Positions 47,032 to 56,359 of a stretch of 64,000 nucleotides of DNA are shown here, piece after piece; the first letter of the stretch is position 1, and each line of letters begins with the position of its first letter. The notes beneath the pieces were generated by a model, which saw nothing but the letters and a program-made list of their open reading frames with translations, had not been told where the DNA came from and did not search any database. Location of the stretch: the NCBI RefSeq assembly GCF_048403405.1, contig NZ_CP183131.1. One strand, written 5' to 3'. Source of the DNA: Escherichia coli. Lineage in GTDB: Bacteria; Pseudomonadota; Gammaproteobacteria; Enterobacterales; Enterobacteriaceae. The position numbers and the translations under genes are program-made.

Positions 47032-49223
47032 TGGACCTTTATATCTGCGAGAAGCCTTCTCAGGCCAAAGATTTGGCTGGCGTAATGAAGGCCTCCCAAC
47101 GAGGTGATGGATTTCTCCATGATGGAGGAAACCGCGTTATTACGTGGGCGTTCGGCCACCTGCTGGAATTGTATATGCCAGACGATTATGACGAACGCTA
47201 CAAGTCATGGTCACTGGAGACCCTCCCTATTGCACCAGAGTCATGGCGGTACAACGTTCGCAAGAGTGCGTTCAAACAGTACAAAATTGTTGAGGGACTG
47301 GTCAAAAAGGCGAGCACCATCTACATCTCAACGGACTACGACCGAGAAGGTGAGGCTATCGCCCGTTCGCTTCTGGATCGATTCCGCTACTCTGGCCCTA
47401 TTCGCCGGGTTTGTTTGACGGCTCTCGATGAGTCAAGCATCAAGAAAGCGCTGAACAACGTAAAGGATGGCAAGGATACGGTCTCACTCTACTACGCCGC
47501 ATTGGCACGGCAACGCGCTGACTGGTTGGTAGGCATGAACGTGAGCCGCCTCTACACAGTGCTGGCCCGAGATGTCGGCTTCAACCACACTCTTCACGTT
47601 GGCAGGGTTATCACCCCAACCGTCGCTCTTGTTTGTCAACGGGACCGAGAGATCGCCGGTTTCACCCCCTCACCATACTGGACTCTGGGTGTGAACGTGT
47701 CCGTACAGAATGGACAGTTTGCCGCCCAATGGATACCACCAGAAGAGTGCAGTGACGAGCAAGGCCGGTGCGTCAATAAGGCCTATGCCGAGCAGGTAGC
47801 CTCCCAGGTCAATGGTGCCAATGCTGTTATCAGCAAAGCAGAAACCAAACCAGGTAAAGAGTCAGCCCCCCTCCCCTTCGATCTAACGTCGCTGCAACAA
47901 TACGCAAGCAAACGATGGGGATACACCGCTCAGCAGGTACTGGATGCAGCTCAAGCTCTGTACGAGACGCACAAAGCGACCACCTACCCTCGTACTGATA
48001 GTCGTTATCTACCCGAGAGCCAAAAGGAAGACATTCCGGACATTCTCCAGGCGCTCATTTTGTCCGATCAGAACGTCTCTGGGCTGGTGGCTGGCGCAGA
48101 TCCTCATCGCAAGGCCAGGGTATTCAATGACGCCAAAGTGACCGCGCACCACGCGATCATTCCAACACCGGCCAGAACAGACATCAGTGCCATGTCTGAG
48201 ATCGAGTTCAATCTTTACGACGCCATCCGTCGTTTCTACATCGCGCAGTTCTACAGCGAGTTCGAGTTCACCAAAACCTCCATCGAGGTGCAGTGTGGGC
48301 GTCACCTCTTTGCGGCCTCTGGTAAGACACCTGCCAAACAAGGCTGGAAGGTTTTGTTTGCTTCTGATAGTGAAAGCAGTCCCAAGGACGAGGGGGAAGA
48401 CACCGACGCGCCGGTTGAACAAGAGAAGCTCCCCAGGGTTAGCCAGGGCGAACCCGCTTTGCTTAATGGTGCCGAGCTGGCAAACAAAATGACGCGGCCA
48501 GCACCGCACTTCACCGAAGCCACATTGCTTGCCGCGATGGAGAACATTGCCCGGTTCGTGACTGAGGAGAAGTTCAAGCAAATTCTCAAAGACACAGCCG
48601 GTTTAGGCACTCCAGCAACACGCGCAAGCATCATCCAGGGCGCTGTTGATAAAGGCTACTTCAAACGTCAGAAAAAGGTACTGCTTGCAACTGATAAGGC
48701 TCATGCGCTTATCGCAGTGCTTCCACCAGCCATCAAATCACCCGGCATGACTGCGGCTTGGGAGCAGGAGCTTGAGAAAGTCGCCTCCGGCTCCGGGAAT
48801 ATGTCTGTCTTCATGAAGCAGATTTCCACCTGGATCTGCCAAATGGTTGAGCAGCTCAAAGTGCCCGCACCGGTTCTGACCAAAGAAGGTGGCGCGATGG
48901 CTAAAGCCTTCGAGGGCGCTAAGCCGCCTTCACACGAATGCTTCAACTGCGGTGGAGAGATGCACCGGATCAAAGGGAAGAACGGATTTTTCTGGGGCTG
49001 CCAGAACGAGGCTTGCAAGAAGACGTTCCCAGACAACCGAGGGAAACCCGAGAAGCGTATCGCGGCTGAGGATTGTCCAGACTGCCCAGATTGCGGTAGC
49101 CCGATGCGTCTCAGGAAAGGAAAAGCGCCCGGCAAGAAGCGAGCTTCTAAGTTCTGGGGCTGCACCGCCTATCCCGATTGCAAAGGCACTATGCCCTTCA
49201 AAAAGTCGGACTTTATGGATTGA
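47031..49223 (+). CDS. topB: DNA topoisomerase III
   Basis: Toprim N-terminus, active-site region TYPRTDSRYL, two C-terminal Cys4 zinc ribbons. Confidence 0.9.
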   Translation: MDLYICEKPSQAKDLAGVMKASQRGDGFLHDGGNRVITWAFGHLLELYMPDDYDERYKSWSLETLPIAPESWRYNVRKSAFKQYKIVEGLVKKASTIYISTDYDREGEAIARSLLDRFRYSGPIRRVCLTALDESSIKKALNNVKDGKDTVSLYYAALARQRADWLVGMNVSRLYTVLARDVGFNHTLHVGRVITPTVALVCQRDREIAGFTPSPYWTLGVNVSVQNGQFAAQWIPPEECSDEQGRCVNKAYAEQVASQVNGANAVISKAETKPGKESAPLPFDLTSLQQYASKRWGYTAQQVLDAAQALYETHKATTYPRTDSRYLPESQKEDIPDILQALILSDQNVSGLVAGADPHRKARVFNDAKVTAHHAIIPTPARTDISAMSEIEFNLYDAIRRFYIAQFYSEFEFTKTSIEVQCGRHLFAASGKTPAKQGWKVLFASDSESSPKDEGEDTDAPVEQEKLPRVSQGEPALLNGAELANKMTRPAPHFTEATLLAAMENIARFVTEEKFKQILKDTAGLGTPATRASIIQGAVDKGYFKRQKKVLLATDKAHALIAVLPPAIKSPGMTAAWEQELEKVASGSGNMSVFMKQISTWICQMVEQLKVPAPVLTKEGGAMAKAFEGAKPPSHECFNCGGEMHRIKGKNGFFWGCQNEACKKTFPDNRGKPEKRIAAEDCPDCPDCGSPMRLRKGKAPGKKRASKFWGCTAYPDCKGTMPFKKSDFMD

Positions 49224-49237
49224 TAGAGGAATTAAGT

Positions 49238-49726
49238 ATGTTTGGAACAATCATTTTAACTGCGATGCTCACCACCAGCTCAGCCACTGCCGAAGATGCA
49301 GGGAAGAACATCGCCTCAGGCTTGGCGGCGGCATCCGCCAGCCAAATGGGGCAGGCCGTAATGCCAACTTTAGCTACCAGCTCGGCCATTGCAAAAAGCG
49401 CAGGTAAAGGCATGGTGTCAGGTTTGGCTGCGGCGACTGCCAGCTACATTCCCCAAGACGAGCTGAGCTTTACTCGAAGCTATAAGAACTCTGAGGCTGT
49501 GGATATGGCAAAGGGCCTGGGGACATTGAAAGAAGCGCCTGAGTTTCTCTACGTTGTTACAGACGTAAATGCCAACATGGCGGTCAAATGCAAGCGCGTC
49601 TGGGAGCCTCAATCTCTGGCTTTAAGTCCAGTGATTGTTGAGCTGGTGGAACTACGTAAGACGAACAACAAAGACAGCTACGAACAAGCACTATCCCACC
49701 TCGATTGTTCAATGTTCACAGACTAA
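49238..49726 (+). CDS. secreted protein (162 aa)
   Basis: ORF track 49178..49726; RBS GAGGAA before MFGTIILTAML signal peptide. Confidence 0.5.
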   Translation: MFGTIILTAMLTTSSATAEDAGKNIASGLAAASASQMGQAVMPTLATSSAIAKSAGKGMVSGLAAATASYIPQDELSFTRSYKNSEAVDMAKGLGTLKEAPEFLYVVTDVNANMAVKCKRVWEPQSLALSPVIVELVELRKTNNKDSYEQALSHLDCSMFTD

Positions 49727-49735
49727 AACAATTAA

Positions 49736-49758
49736 GGGGCCGATGGCCCCTAATTTTT
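49736..49758 (+). terminator. intrinsic terminator
   Basis: GGGGCC-GAT-GGCCCC then TAATTTTT. Confidence 0.65.
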
Positions 49759-49817
49759 AATAACCCAATTTCTTTTGATACCTGATTTTCCTACCAAGCA
49801 CAGTTGTCATACACCAT

Positions 49818-50096
49818 TCAATTCACATGGATAGCGAATACTTCAACCGGACAATCTCCAAAGTGCGGGTGCGTTATAACACTCCTTGAGAAGCCACGCC
49901 AAGGGCGAATCTCTATCCTGGACATATCTCCAGCCTTTGGGTAGCCACACTTAACATGGACTTCATCATACTCGCGCCCCTCTAGTCTTTTTATCCAGTA
50001 GTCTGTAACGAGGCGATATTCATCTGGTTTTTCTCCAGATTTGATCTGATCGAAGTAAATCTTTTTTACGGGCAGATGAAGTATTCTCTTTTTCAT
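49818..50096 (-). CDS. ASCH/PUA-like small protein
   Basis: ORF track 49818..50117; RBS AGGTGG before MKKRILHL; ASCH-like pattern is a weak motif-level call. Confidence 0.4.
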   Translation of the reverse strand: MKKRILHLPVKKIYFDQIKSGEKPDEYRLVTDYWIKRLEGREYDEVHVKCGYPKAGDMSRIEIRPWRGFSRSVITHPHFGDCPVEVFAIHVN

Positions 50097-50121
50097 AATC
50101 ACCACCTGATAGCCCATCAGA

Positions 50122-50328
50122 CTATCTAACTATTCGACAAAACATCCCTTTTTCAATTTCTGTCTCTCTCGCCTCATGGGCCAATACAATATCCGCGATA
50201 ACACGAATATTCCCTTCATAGTTGCGAATGGCCGCATCCCTCATCGTGTCTAAAGTGTCCTGACACTTCGCTCGCCTGAATTTAACGAGCCAACTTTGCC
50301 GATCTATCTTGTCCACACCAAATCCCAT
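50122..50328 (-). CDS. hypothetical small protein (68 aa)
   Basis: ORF track. Confidence 0.35.
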   Translation of the reverse strand: MGFGVDKIDRQSWLVKFRRAKCQDTLDTMRDAAIRNYEGNIRVIADIVLAHEARETEIEKGMFCRIVR

Positions 50329-50946
50329 TTAGCGAACCATGTATCCAGCTTTTTTGGCCGCAGCATCAAGCTCGGAGGAGAAGTTAACGTCGGACTTTTC
50401 TGCCGCGTTATAGAGGGCTCCACACTTGGGCCATGAGCGTCCTACCAGTTTCATCGCCAACGCATCCGCCAGCATTTCTCGGATCTGTGTTTCAGCCTCA
50501 CCAAAATCGGCCAGAGTTTCGTCTATGCCCGACTCTTCCATCAGCTCGATGAGCTGTGGTTGTTTGAGCCAGACGCCTGTTTGCATTTCCAACTGATCTC
50601 TTGCATCGGCCACCAATTGGCGTTCAAGGGTTACGCCATTCACGGTCTTAACAAATTGCTTTGGCTGACGCTTTACCTTTTTTGGCCTGGACACATCAGA
50701 GATAACCGTCACCGGCTTCCCACGCAGTTCACGCGGCAACGGTCCACTTAGCCCCAGAACTAAGCGACGAGCGTACTCATGCTCGTATGGTTTCAACCCT
50801 CGACCTTCACGGTACATTTCAGTATCCACCAGCAGATCACCGCGCAGCCTCGCATTTTTCCGCACTTGTTCGGACAAGACCGATTTACCCTTCCCGCTGG
50901 CTCCCATTACGAGCGAGTGAGATTCTACTTTGTTATCAAAAAACAT
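50329..50946 (-). CDS. P-loop NTPase / kinase-like protein
   Basis: N-terminal Walker A GASGKGKS. Confidence 0.55.
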   Translation of the reverse strand: MFFDNKVESHSLVMGASGKGKSVLSEQVRKNARLRGDLLVDTEMYREGRGLKPYEHEYARRLVLGLSGPLPRELRGKPVTVISDVSRPKKVKRQPKQFVKTVNGVTLERQLVADARDQLEMQTGVWLKQPQLIELMEESGIDETLADFGEAETQIREMLADALAMKLVGRSWPKCGALYNAAEKSDVNFSSELDAAAKKAGYMVR

Positions 50947-51039
50947 AATTCCGCCCCCAAGGAGGTGTTGCTATAAAACATGGTTTGAACATCCGTATTT
51001 TCACGGCAATAACCGCCGGATAATGCAAGACTCCCAAAC

Positions 51040-51258
51040 CTAAATAGGTCTCCAGGTGATGACATCGAAGTCATAGCTGACTTCCGAGTTGTCGTCCGCC
51101 GTTCGCCACGAACAATCATCTTCCTGAACATGGATCAAGTCGTACTCAACAATTTTGCCCGACCAACATCCTTTAAGCTGGCAATGAACAGGCACACCGA
51201 CGACCGGCATCTTGTCGTTGACGCTGATCCACGGTTCTTGCTTTTGATCCAGATCCAC
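51040..51258 (-). CDS. hypothetical small protein (DUF551-like pattern)
   Basis: ORF track; W-x-S-V-x-D-x-x-P ... TWRPI pattern. Confidence 0.35.
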   Translation of the reverse strand: MDLDQKQEPWISVNDKMPVVGVPVHCQLKGCWSGKIVEYDLIHVQEDDCSWRTADDNSEVSYDFDVITWRPI

Positions 51259-51261
51259 CGG

Positions 51262-51525
51262 TTAGTCCTCTATGAACGATTTAATGGATCGCCCATCAAA
51301 AAACAGTTTCCCAGTTCCTGATACCGAATGTACTTCTGGAGCTGCCTTCCCTTTCAGGAGTTTCTGATAGCGCACCGCGTCTTTGAGCTCAGAGATCCTG
51401 ACGCCAATGAGTGTGGCCGTCTCCTCAACTGTTAAAATACGGTCCCAAAAGCTGGTGGCGCTGTTATTGCGCCCACCGATACTCTGGGCAACGCACTCTG
51501 TTCTGGCCGCTTTTCCCTTTGCCAT
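51262..51525 (-). CDS. small HTH DNA-binding protein
   Basis: ORF track 51262..51543; helix-turn-helix-like TVEETATLIGVRISELKDAVR. Confidence 0.45.
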   Translation of the reverse strand: MAKGKAARTECVAQSIGGRNNSATSFWDRILTVEETATLIGVRISELKDAVRYQKLLKGKAAPEVHSVSGTGKLFFDGRSIKSFIED

Positions 51526-52120
51526 TGGCAATGTCCTCTTCATTCTTCTCAGCCCCCAGCTTACTCAGTATTTCAGCTTTTGTAGCGCGATGGCCGCGCA
51601 TTAAAAGAGCATTCAGCAGGTATCCAGTGAACACCTCTGTACTCGGCATACGGTCAAGCAACTCAACATACTGCTCATCCGTCAAATCATGGATCTCACA
51701 ATATTTTTCCACCGCCTTTTCGTAGGCTTCTGCGTAGCCATGAGTGGAAATCCTGAAAGCAATATCCCCATTGCCGTAGCCTGGCTTTGTGACGAGAAAA
51801 CAAGGCGCGAAGTAGGTTCTCTTCACCCCCATCCGGCTCCGGTTCTCAATGCTGATATAAGCCCTCAGCCCCTCAGCAATGATGTTTGGCCCGGAGTTGC
51901 GTCGCCGCTTACAAGTCTTATTCTGACGCTTCACCTCTTCTGCCTCAGCTTCCCACTTTCGGTCCAAGCTGTAGGCCAGCCGGTGAGCTGTTGCGTAGGA
52001 ATACTCTCTCAAGGAGAAGTATTCCTGCCGGTAATCATCCGCCACCCCAACTGTTCGTGCGACACGGAACCCGACGAAACCGGCGTCATGGGTTCCCTCG
52101 CCGTAGTAAATGACTGCCAT
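51464..52120 (-). CDS. DNA-binding protein with two AP2-like repeats
   Basis: Repeated Y..G.F...EEA..AY-like patterns (REYSYATAHRLAYSLD; GYAEAYEKAVEKY). Confidence 0.4.
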   Translation of the reverse strand: MAVIYYGEGTHDAGFVGFRVARTVGVADDYRQEYFSLREYSYATAHRLAYSLDRKWEAEAEEVKRQNKTCKRRRNSGPNIIAEGLRAYISIENRSRMGVKRTYFAPCFLVTKPGYGNGDIAFRISTHGYAEAYEKAVEKYCEIHDLTDEQYVELLDRMPSTEVFTGYLLNALLMRGHRATKAEILSKLGAEKNEEDIANGKGKSGQNRVRCPEYRWAQ

Positions 52121-53547
52121 TATCTACCTTCCTTACTTCTGATACCGTGCTGCACCACGGTATGGCGACCGCAATTCACATTCAGGTGATCCCGAACTGC
52201 GGCCATGACCGCTGAATGCAATCTGTAATCCACACTCTGCCCAAGCGTTTCTGTCGCTTGTTCTTTTGCCATCCACGAAACATCAAAGCTATCAGGTATC
52301 GACATCAACTCCTGAACCAGATCGACCGATGGCTTGTAAATGCGGCCACCGTCTTGGATGTACACTGCATCCTTTACCCCACGATCCTGAGACTTGAGGA
52401 TGGTCGGGCAACTGGTGCTTTCTCTCGTCAAGAACGCAGGCATCCTGCGAGAAGTTGACTCTCTGGCCTGAATTGACTTCAACACTGTGACGTCAGCACA
52501 ATCCCCGAGGTGCTTCTCGATCACCGGCCACAATCGTCCACCAGCTCTCTGCTCAGGTTTCGGTGGAACGAACCCAGGGAAGACCGACGCCACCATGTAA
52601 TAGCGTTCTCGCCCCTGGTAAGCGCCGAAATCCAGACCGTTCAAGACCATCTCAGTGAGGAAGTACCCCATCCGCCGCAGTGTCGTTCCCATCATCGCCC
52701 CGGCTCCGGATGCTTTGAAGTTCGGGACGTTTTCCACCAGCACGACGGCAGGGTTCACGACCTCGATCTGTTTTAGTGCCGGGTAAACCATGTCGAGCAT
52801 GGTGGAGAGATCCTCAAGAGAACGCTCTTTGTCCCTTGGACTTTTGGCGTTTGAGTGGTCATCACACCCCAACGAGTAATGGGCCAAACCAATTGGTGGG
52901 CACTCCGCCAGCAAGGCTCCAAGGCGATCCAGCTCCAGGTGATGAATGTCTTCATTCAGCAGGATACGCGGGGAGCTGTTCACCAGCGTATTGAGCGCAT
53001 GTACTTCACTCAGGTTCCGCCCGGATGCTCTGTCTCTGGCTTCAACTGGACGATGCTCCAAAACAATCTCAGCCTTCCAGCCAAGCGCTTCCATAACATG
53101 AATGTCTACCCCGCCAGTCAATGCCACAAAGGCACGGAAAGGGCTGGTTTTTCTGAACCGATCCGCAATGGCAAAGGCTCTGTTTGCGACAGGAGTGAAG
53201 ACTACTCGGCCTTTTCGCATTTCGACGTGGAAACGCTCTGTATAGCGAGGGAAGCACTTATCTATGAGCCCTTGTCCAGAAAACTCAATAACGGTTTCCA
53301 GCGGGTTGTTGGAGCGACTCTTTGGTTGATACCGGCGCTGATAAACCTGGTGTGTCTGTAGTTCATCGGTCGCTGGGATCACCGAAAAACCGCCCATCCC
53401 CTCCCCTGGCTCAACGGCGATGCCCATACCTGGCTTGAACCCCATAACATCCAAAAAGTTGGACGAAACCCTAACCTTGCGTTTATCGCCTACTCGATTG
53501 AACGCAAGTTGTTTGGTTACTACGGAGGGGGAGACGATCGGTAACAT
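52120..53547 (-). CDS. C5-methyltransferase-like protein, paralog of the gene at 1..1007, Gly-Cys in place of catalytic Pro-Cys
   Basis: ALTGGVD (motif I-like), SLGCDDHSNAKS (motif IV position), VENVPNF (motif VI); related N-terminal domain. Confidence 0.6.
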   Translation of the reverse strand: MLPIVSPSVVTKQLAFNRVGDKRKVRVSSNFLDVMGFKPGMGIAVEPGEGMGGFSVIPATDELQTHQVYQRRYQPKSRSNNPLETVIEFSGQGLIDKCFPRYTERFHVEMRKGRVVFTPVANRAFAIADRFRKTSPFRAFVALTGGVDIHVMEALGWKAEIVLEHRPVEARDRASGRNLSEVHALNTLVNSSPRILLNEDIHHLELDRLGALLAECPPIGLAHYSLGCDDHSNAKSPRDKERSLEDLSTMLDMVYPALKQIEVVNPAVVLVENVPNFKASGAGAMMGTTLRRMGYFLTEMVLNGLDFGAYQGRERYYMVASVFPGFVPPKPEQRAGGRLWPVIEKHLGDCADVTVLKSIQARESTSRRMPAFLTRESTSCPTILKSQDRGVKDAVYIQDGGRIYKPSVDLVQELMSIPDSFDVSWMAKEQATETLGQSVDYRLHSAVMAAVRDHLNVNCGRHTVVQHGIRSKEGR

Positions 53548-53550
53548 TGG

Positions 53551-54051
53551 TCAACCTCTTTTCTTCTTGTTTTGCTCGCGCTTCACCATTGCTCCAGCAG
53601 CTTTCAGAAGTCTCTGGTTCTCCGCCAGCTCCTCTTGGAGTTCCTGAGTATCCTCTTCTGTCTGAGGCTTTTTCAGCTCGGCCTCGCAATATTGGACCTC
53701 TTCCTGCAAGCTGACTTTCGCAAACTTGAGAGCGGCCAGTCGCGTCGTATAAACGCCAAAAGGCAATTCGCCACCTTCCCGGAACTGCTTCAAACACCAG
53801 CTCGGTATAGATGGCAACCAACCAAAGTCCCCATTCTTCCGTGACCTTTTCCCCCACGTAATCCCATCTAACTTTTGGGCAAGATTGACATAGCGTTGAT
53901 CGCTGGTTGAGTTGCGTCGTTTCTGAATAGAGCGAACTATCCACTCTGTAACCTCGACCTTTGCTTTATCATCATCAGAGATGTAATAAAGGGCTGCGTA
54001 CAACACAGCGCCTTTACGAATGACTGATGGTGGGTATGCCTGGGCTTTCAT
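53551..54051 (-). CDS. hypothetical protein (166 aa)
   Basis: ORF track; RBS TAGGGGGATAG. Confidence 0.45.
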   Translation of the reverse strand: MKAQAYPPSVIRKGAVLYAALYYISDDDKAKVEVTEWIVRSIQKRRNSTSDQRYVNLAQKLDGITWGKRSRKNGDFGWLPSIPSWCLKQFREGGELPFGVYTTRLAALKFAKVSLQEEVQYCEAELKKPQTEEDTQELQEELAENQRLLKAAGAMVKREQNKKKRG

Positions 54052-54059
54052 CTATCCCC

Positions 54060-54392
54060 CTATCGCTTTTTCTGTCCGACAAGACGGAGATGATCGGCGG
54101 CCAAGTCATACTGCTCGTTTTTGTCGCGGCGGCGGAATCTGTCAAAAAACTTCCCTCGTGGCAGGGTTTCTTCCATAGCGATCAGGCGGTTCAGCCACAC
54201 TTCTTGAGGTAGCATCCCTGCTGGAGTCGGCCCGAGCTTACGTCCTTCCTTGACGTGCTCCATTGTTTGCGTGGCAGTAAAAATCGCACCACCAAACTTT
54301 CTCCACTTGAATTGCAGGGGCATATCTGGAGACTCATCCAGCATCAATTTCTTATTGGTTTGTTCTGTCACGACAATTACTCCACCATCCAT
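54060..54392 (-). CDS. hypothetical basic protein (110 aa)
   Basis: ORF track. Confidence 0.4.
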   Translation of the reverse strand: MDGGVIVVTEQTNKKLMLDESPDMPLQFKWRKFGGAIFTATQTMEHVKEGRKLGPTPAGMLPQEVWLNRLIAMEETLPRGKFFDRFRRRDKNEQYDLAADHLRLVGQKKR

Positions 54393-54883
54393 TCTTCACT
54401 AAGCAGGAACGCCCAGCGCTCTTCTGCTTTTTCTGGGTTGTCTTTGGCCTGTTTGATCATGATCTCGGCGGCGTTAAAGCCTACCTCTCCACTGAACCGG
54501 CCCCATGAATGGCTATGCCACTCGCGCATCACACTTCGGCCAAGCGATGCAAGTTCTGGACTTACACCCTCATGGAGGGCATAGAGCTCCCAAGCATCCC
54601 ACCCGTATCGTAATAGGTTGTGCCCTGGGGCGTTAAAGGCCTGAGCAGCCTTGAACCGCTCTCCAGGCTCCTTCCCTCTAACATCCACACCCTGGAGCAC
54701 CAACCCCATTACCACTTCAATGACCGGCTCGCGTTGCTTCTTTGCCAGCTCGATGGCAGCCACCAGCATTGCTTTGGCGTCAGCAAATTTCCCATGCCCT
54801 TGGCACATACCGCAGGTTTCTTTGGAAGGGGAAAAGTCATAAACACCGGAACCAGCACAGAGGCGGCATGTCATGTCAATCAT
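54377..54883 (-). CDS. protein with DnaJ-type zinc finger (two CxxCxGxG repeats)
   Basis: CRLCAGSG and CGMCQGHG; RBS AGGAGAGAAG; ORF track 54377..54901. Confidence 0.5.
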   Translation of the reverse strand: MIDMTCRLCAGSGVYDFSPSKETCGMCQGHGKFADAKAMLVAAIELAKKQREPVIEVVMGLVLQGVDVRGKEPGERFKAAQAFNAPGHNLLRYGWDAWELYALHEGVSPELASLGRSVMREWHSHSWGRFSGEVGFNAAEIMIKQAKDNPEKAEERWAFLLSEEWMVE

Positions 54884-55550
54884 GGGCTCTTCTCTCCTCA
54901 TACTCTTCGATGCGCTCTTTCAGACGCTGAACCACTGGTGCGAGCTCAGGGATAGCTTCCGCTTCCTCAAGCGTGTATCGCTTGTCTTCCTGGTAATCGA
55001 CTATTTGAGGAGGCCTTGGCTGTTTAGGGAACTCAGCAAAGTCATTCAGCGACATCGAGGTAGGAAGTCCTCCTTCAATCTCACCTTTTTCGTTGAGTGA
55101 CTGGGTGACGATAAGCTGTGTTCCGCCCACCTCGGTATCAAAGCGGTCATCAAAGCGCTCACCGATAGTCCAGCCGCCACGGCCAAGAACACAGGTCGTA
55201 CTCATACGTAGGCGATTGAATGCTTTAGCGTCATCCCAGTTCAAAGGATTTTCATCCATGAGGAAAAAAGGCGCTTCGTCCCGAACGAACACCTTGGACT
55301 TGGCGTTATCGAAGATCGGCCCAAACACCCCCTGCTGGAGGTATGGTTCGACCTTCTCTGCAAGATCCTGGTGCCCTTGAGAACGCAGCGCCTCATAGAG
55401 CTGGGTGATTGTTTGTTTGCCGGTGCCCGGAAGGCAGGACAATACTGTCTGCTTTTCCTCGTCACTCAGGCTTACCATTCTGGACAAAAAGCTGACTACC
55501 AGCTCGTTGTGCCCATCGACCGTTTCAATGTTGAGCTTGTTCTCGTCCAT
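54876..55550 (-). CDS. hypothetical protein (224 aa)
   Basis: ORF track 54876..55583; RBS GAGGAA. Confidence 0.45.
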   Translation of the reverse strand: MDENKLNIETVDGHNELVVSFLSRMVSLSDEEKQTVLSCLPGTGKQTITQLYEALRSQGHQDLAEKVEPYLQQGVFGPIFDNAKSKVFVRDEAPFFLMDENPLNWDDAKAFNRLRMSTTCVLGRGGWTIGERFDDRFDTEVGGTQLIVTQSLNEKGEIEGGLPTSMSLNDFAEFPKQPRPPQIVDYQEDKRYTLEEAEAIPELAPVVQRLKERIEEYEERRAHD

Positions 55551-55806
55551 CTTCTTCCTCAGTAATCGGTTCGATAAATTCAATGGAGTCCATGCTTACA
55601 TGACTGATAATGGCTTTCAGGCCGCAGCAGTCGCATGGTTCAAAGGTCAGTTCTGATCCCTTGGGAGACTGATGCGTGACCGTTGCCACAGCCCCTAGAG
55701 GGATCACCCCCCAGCCGTTTTTTAGTACCCGAGTAGTTCTGACCAGCCGACCTTTGTACTCTCGTTTCAGTTTCGGATGCGGCACTACCGCATATCGCTT
55801 ACTCAT
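55525..55806 (-). CDS. hypothetical small protein (93 aa)
   Basis: ORF track 55525..55893; RBS AAGGGG before MSKRYAV. Confidence 0.4.
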   Translation of the reverse strand: MSKRYAVVPHPKLKREYKGRLVRTTRVLKNGWGVIPLGAVATVTHQSPKGSELTFEPCDCCGLKAIISHVSMDSIEFIEPITEEEDGREQAQH

Positions 55807-56185
55807 TTCGGTCCCCTTGTACCAAAGGCTCGACAACCAGCTCTTGAGCTTCGTCCCAGTCGGACACCTTTGCATCACCAAACGCAAAGGCAATTCGCAT
55901 AGCCACTGTCGGCCTGCCTATTTTCATCAAGTAAGCCGCAGCACCGGCACACATCGACTCTTGTCCCGAAGGTGCATAGTTACCCTCTTCATCCCATTCA
56001 CCACCTGACTTTGAATGCACGGTCTTGTGGCAATGAAACGTCGTCATGTCGTTTTCAACGATGTCGTTGATGATGCCTTCTAATCGCCCAGGGACCAGCT
56101 CGATAGCGCCCTCCTTCCGGAATGGACAGTTGGCGCAAGGTTTCTTCAAACGGAGATGATTTGCTTGCTTTGGCATACATATCAC
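55799..56185 (-). CDS. hypothetical Cys/His-containing protein (possible zinc ribbon)
   Basis: CANCPF and FHCHKT; non-ATG (GTG) start in track, ATG 9 nt downstream. Confidence 0.4.
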   Translation of the reverse strand: MICMPKQANHLRLKKPCANCPFRKEGAIELVPGRLEGIINDIVENDMTTFHCHKTVHSKSGGEWDEEGNYAPSGQESMCAGAAAYLMKIGRPTVAMRIAFAFGDAKVSDWDEAQELVVEPLVQGDRNE

Positions 56186-56194
56186 TTTTACAGT

Positions 56195-56207
56195 ATCATT
56201 TTATGAT
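56195..56207. promoter_or_regulatory. palindrome ATCATTTTATGAT (operator-like), shared with parA promoter
   Basis: Same sequence reverse-complemented at 59783..59795. Confidence 0.45.
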
Positions 56208-56274
56208 TCTATGATATAGCCATATTCCGTGTAGTCAATATCTCACTAACAATTACTTTCTATCGGACGCTTAC

Positions 56275-56291
56275 GCGCCCATTTTGGGCAG
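56275..56291. promoter_or_regulatory. FlhDC-family activator box GCGCCCATTTTGGGCAG
   Basis: In divergent intergenic hub 56186..56494. Confidence 0.5.
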
Positions 56292-56341
56292 ATAGACAAG
56301 TTATTTGGGCGTTTGGAGTGTGCGAGGTGGACAGCGGGGAG

Positions 56342-56359
56342 ACTTTCACATGTGAAAGT
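56342..56359. promoter_or_regulatory. 18-bp palindrome ACTTTCACATGTGAAAGT (parS-like)
   Basis: Read directly. Confidence 0.6.
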
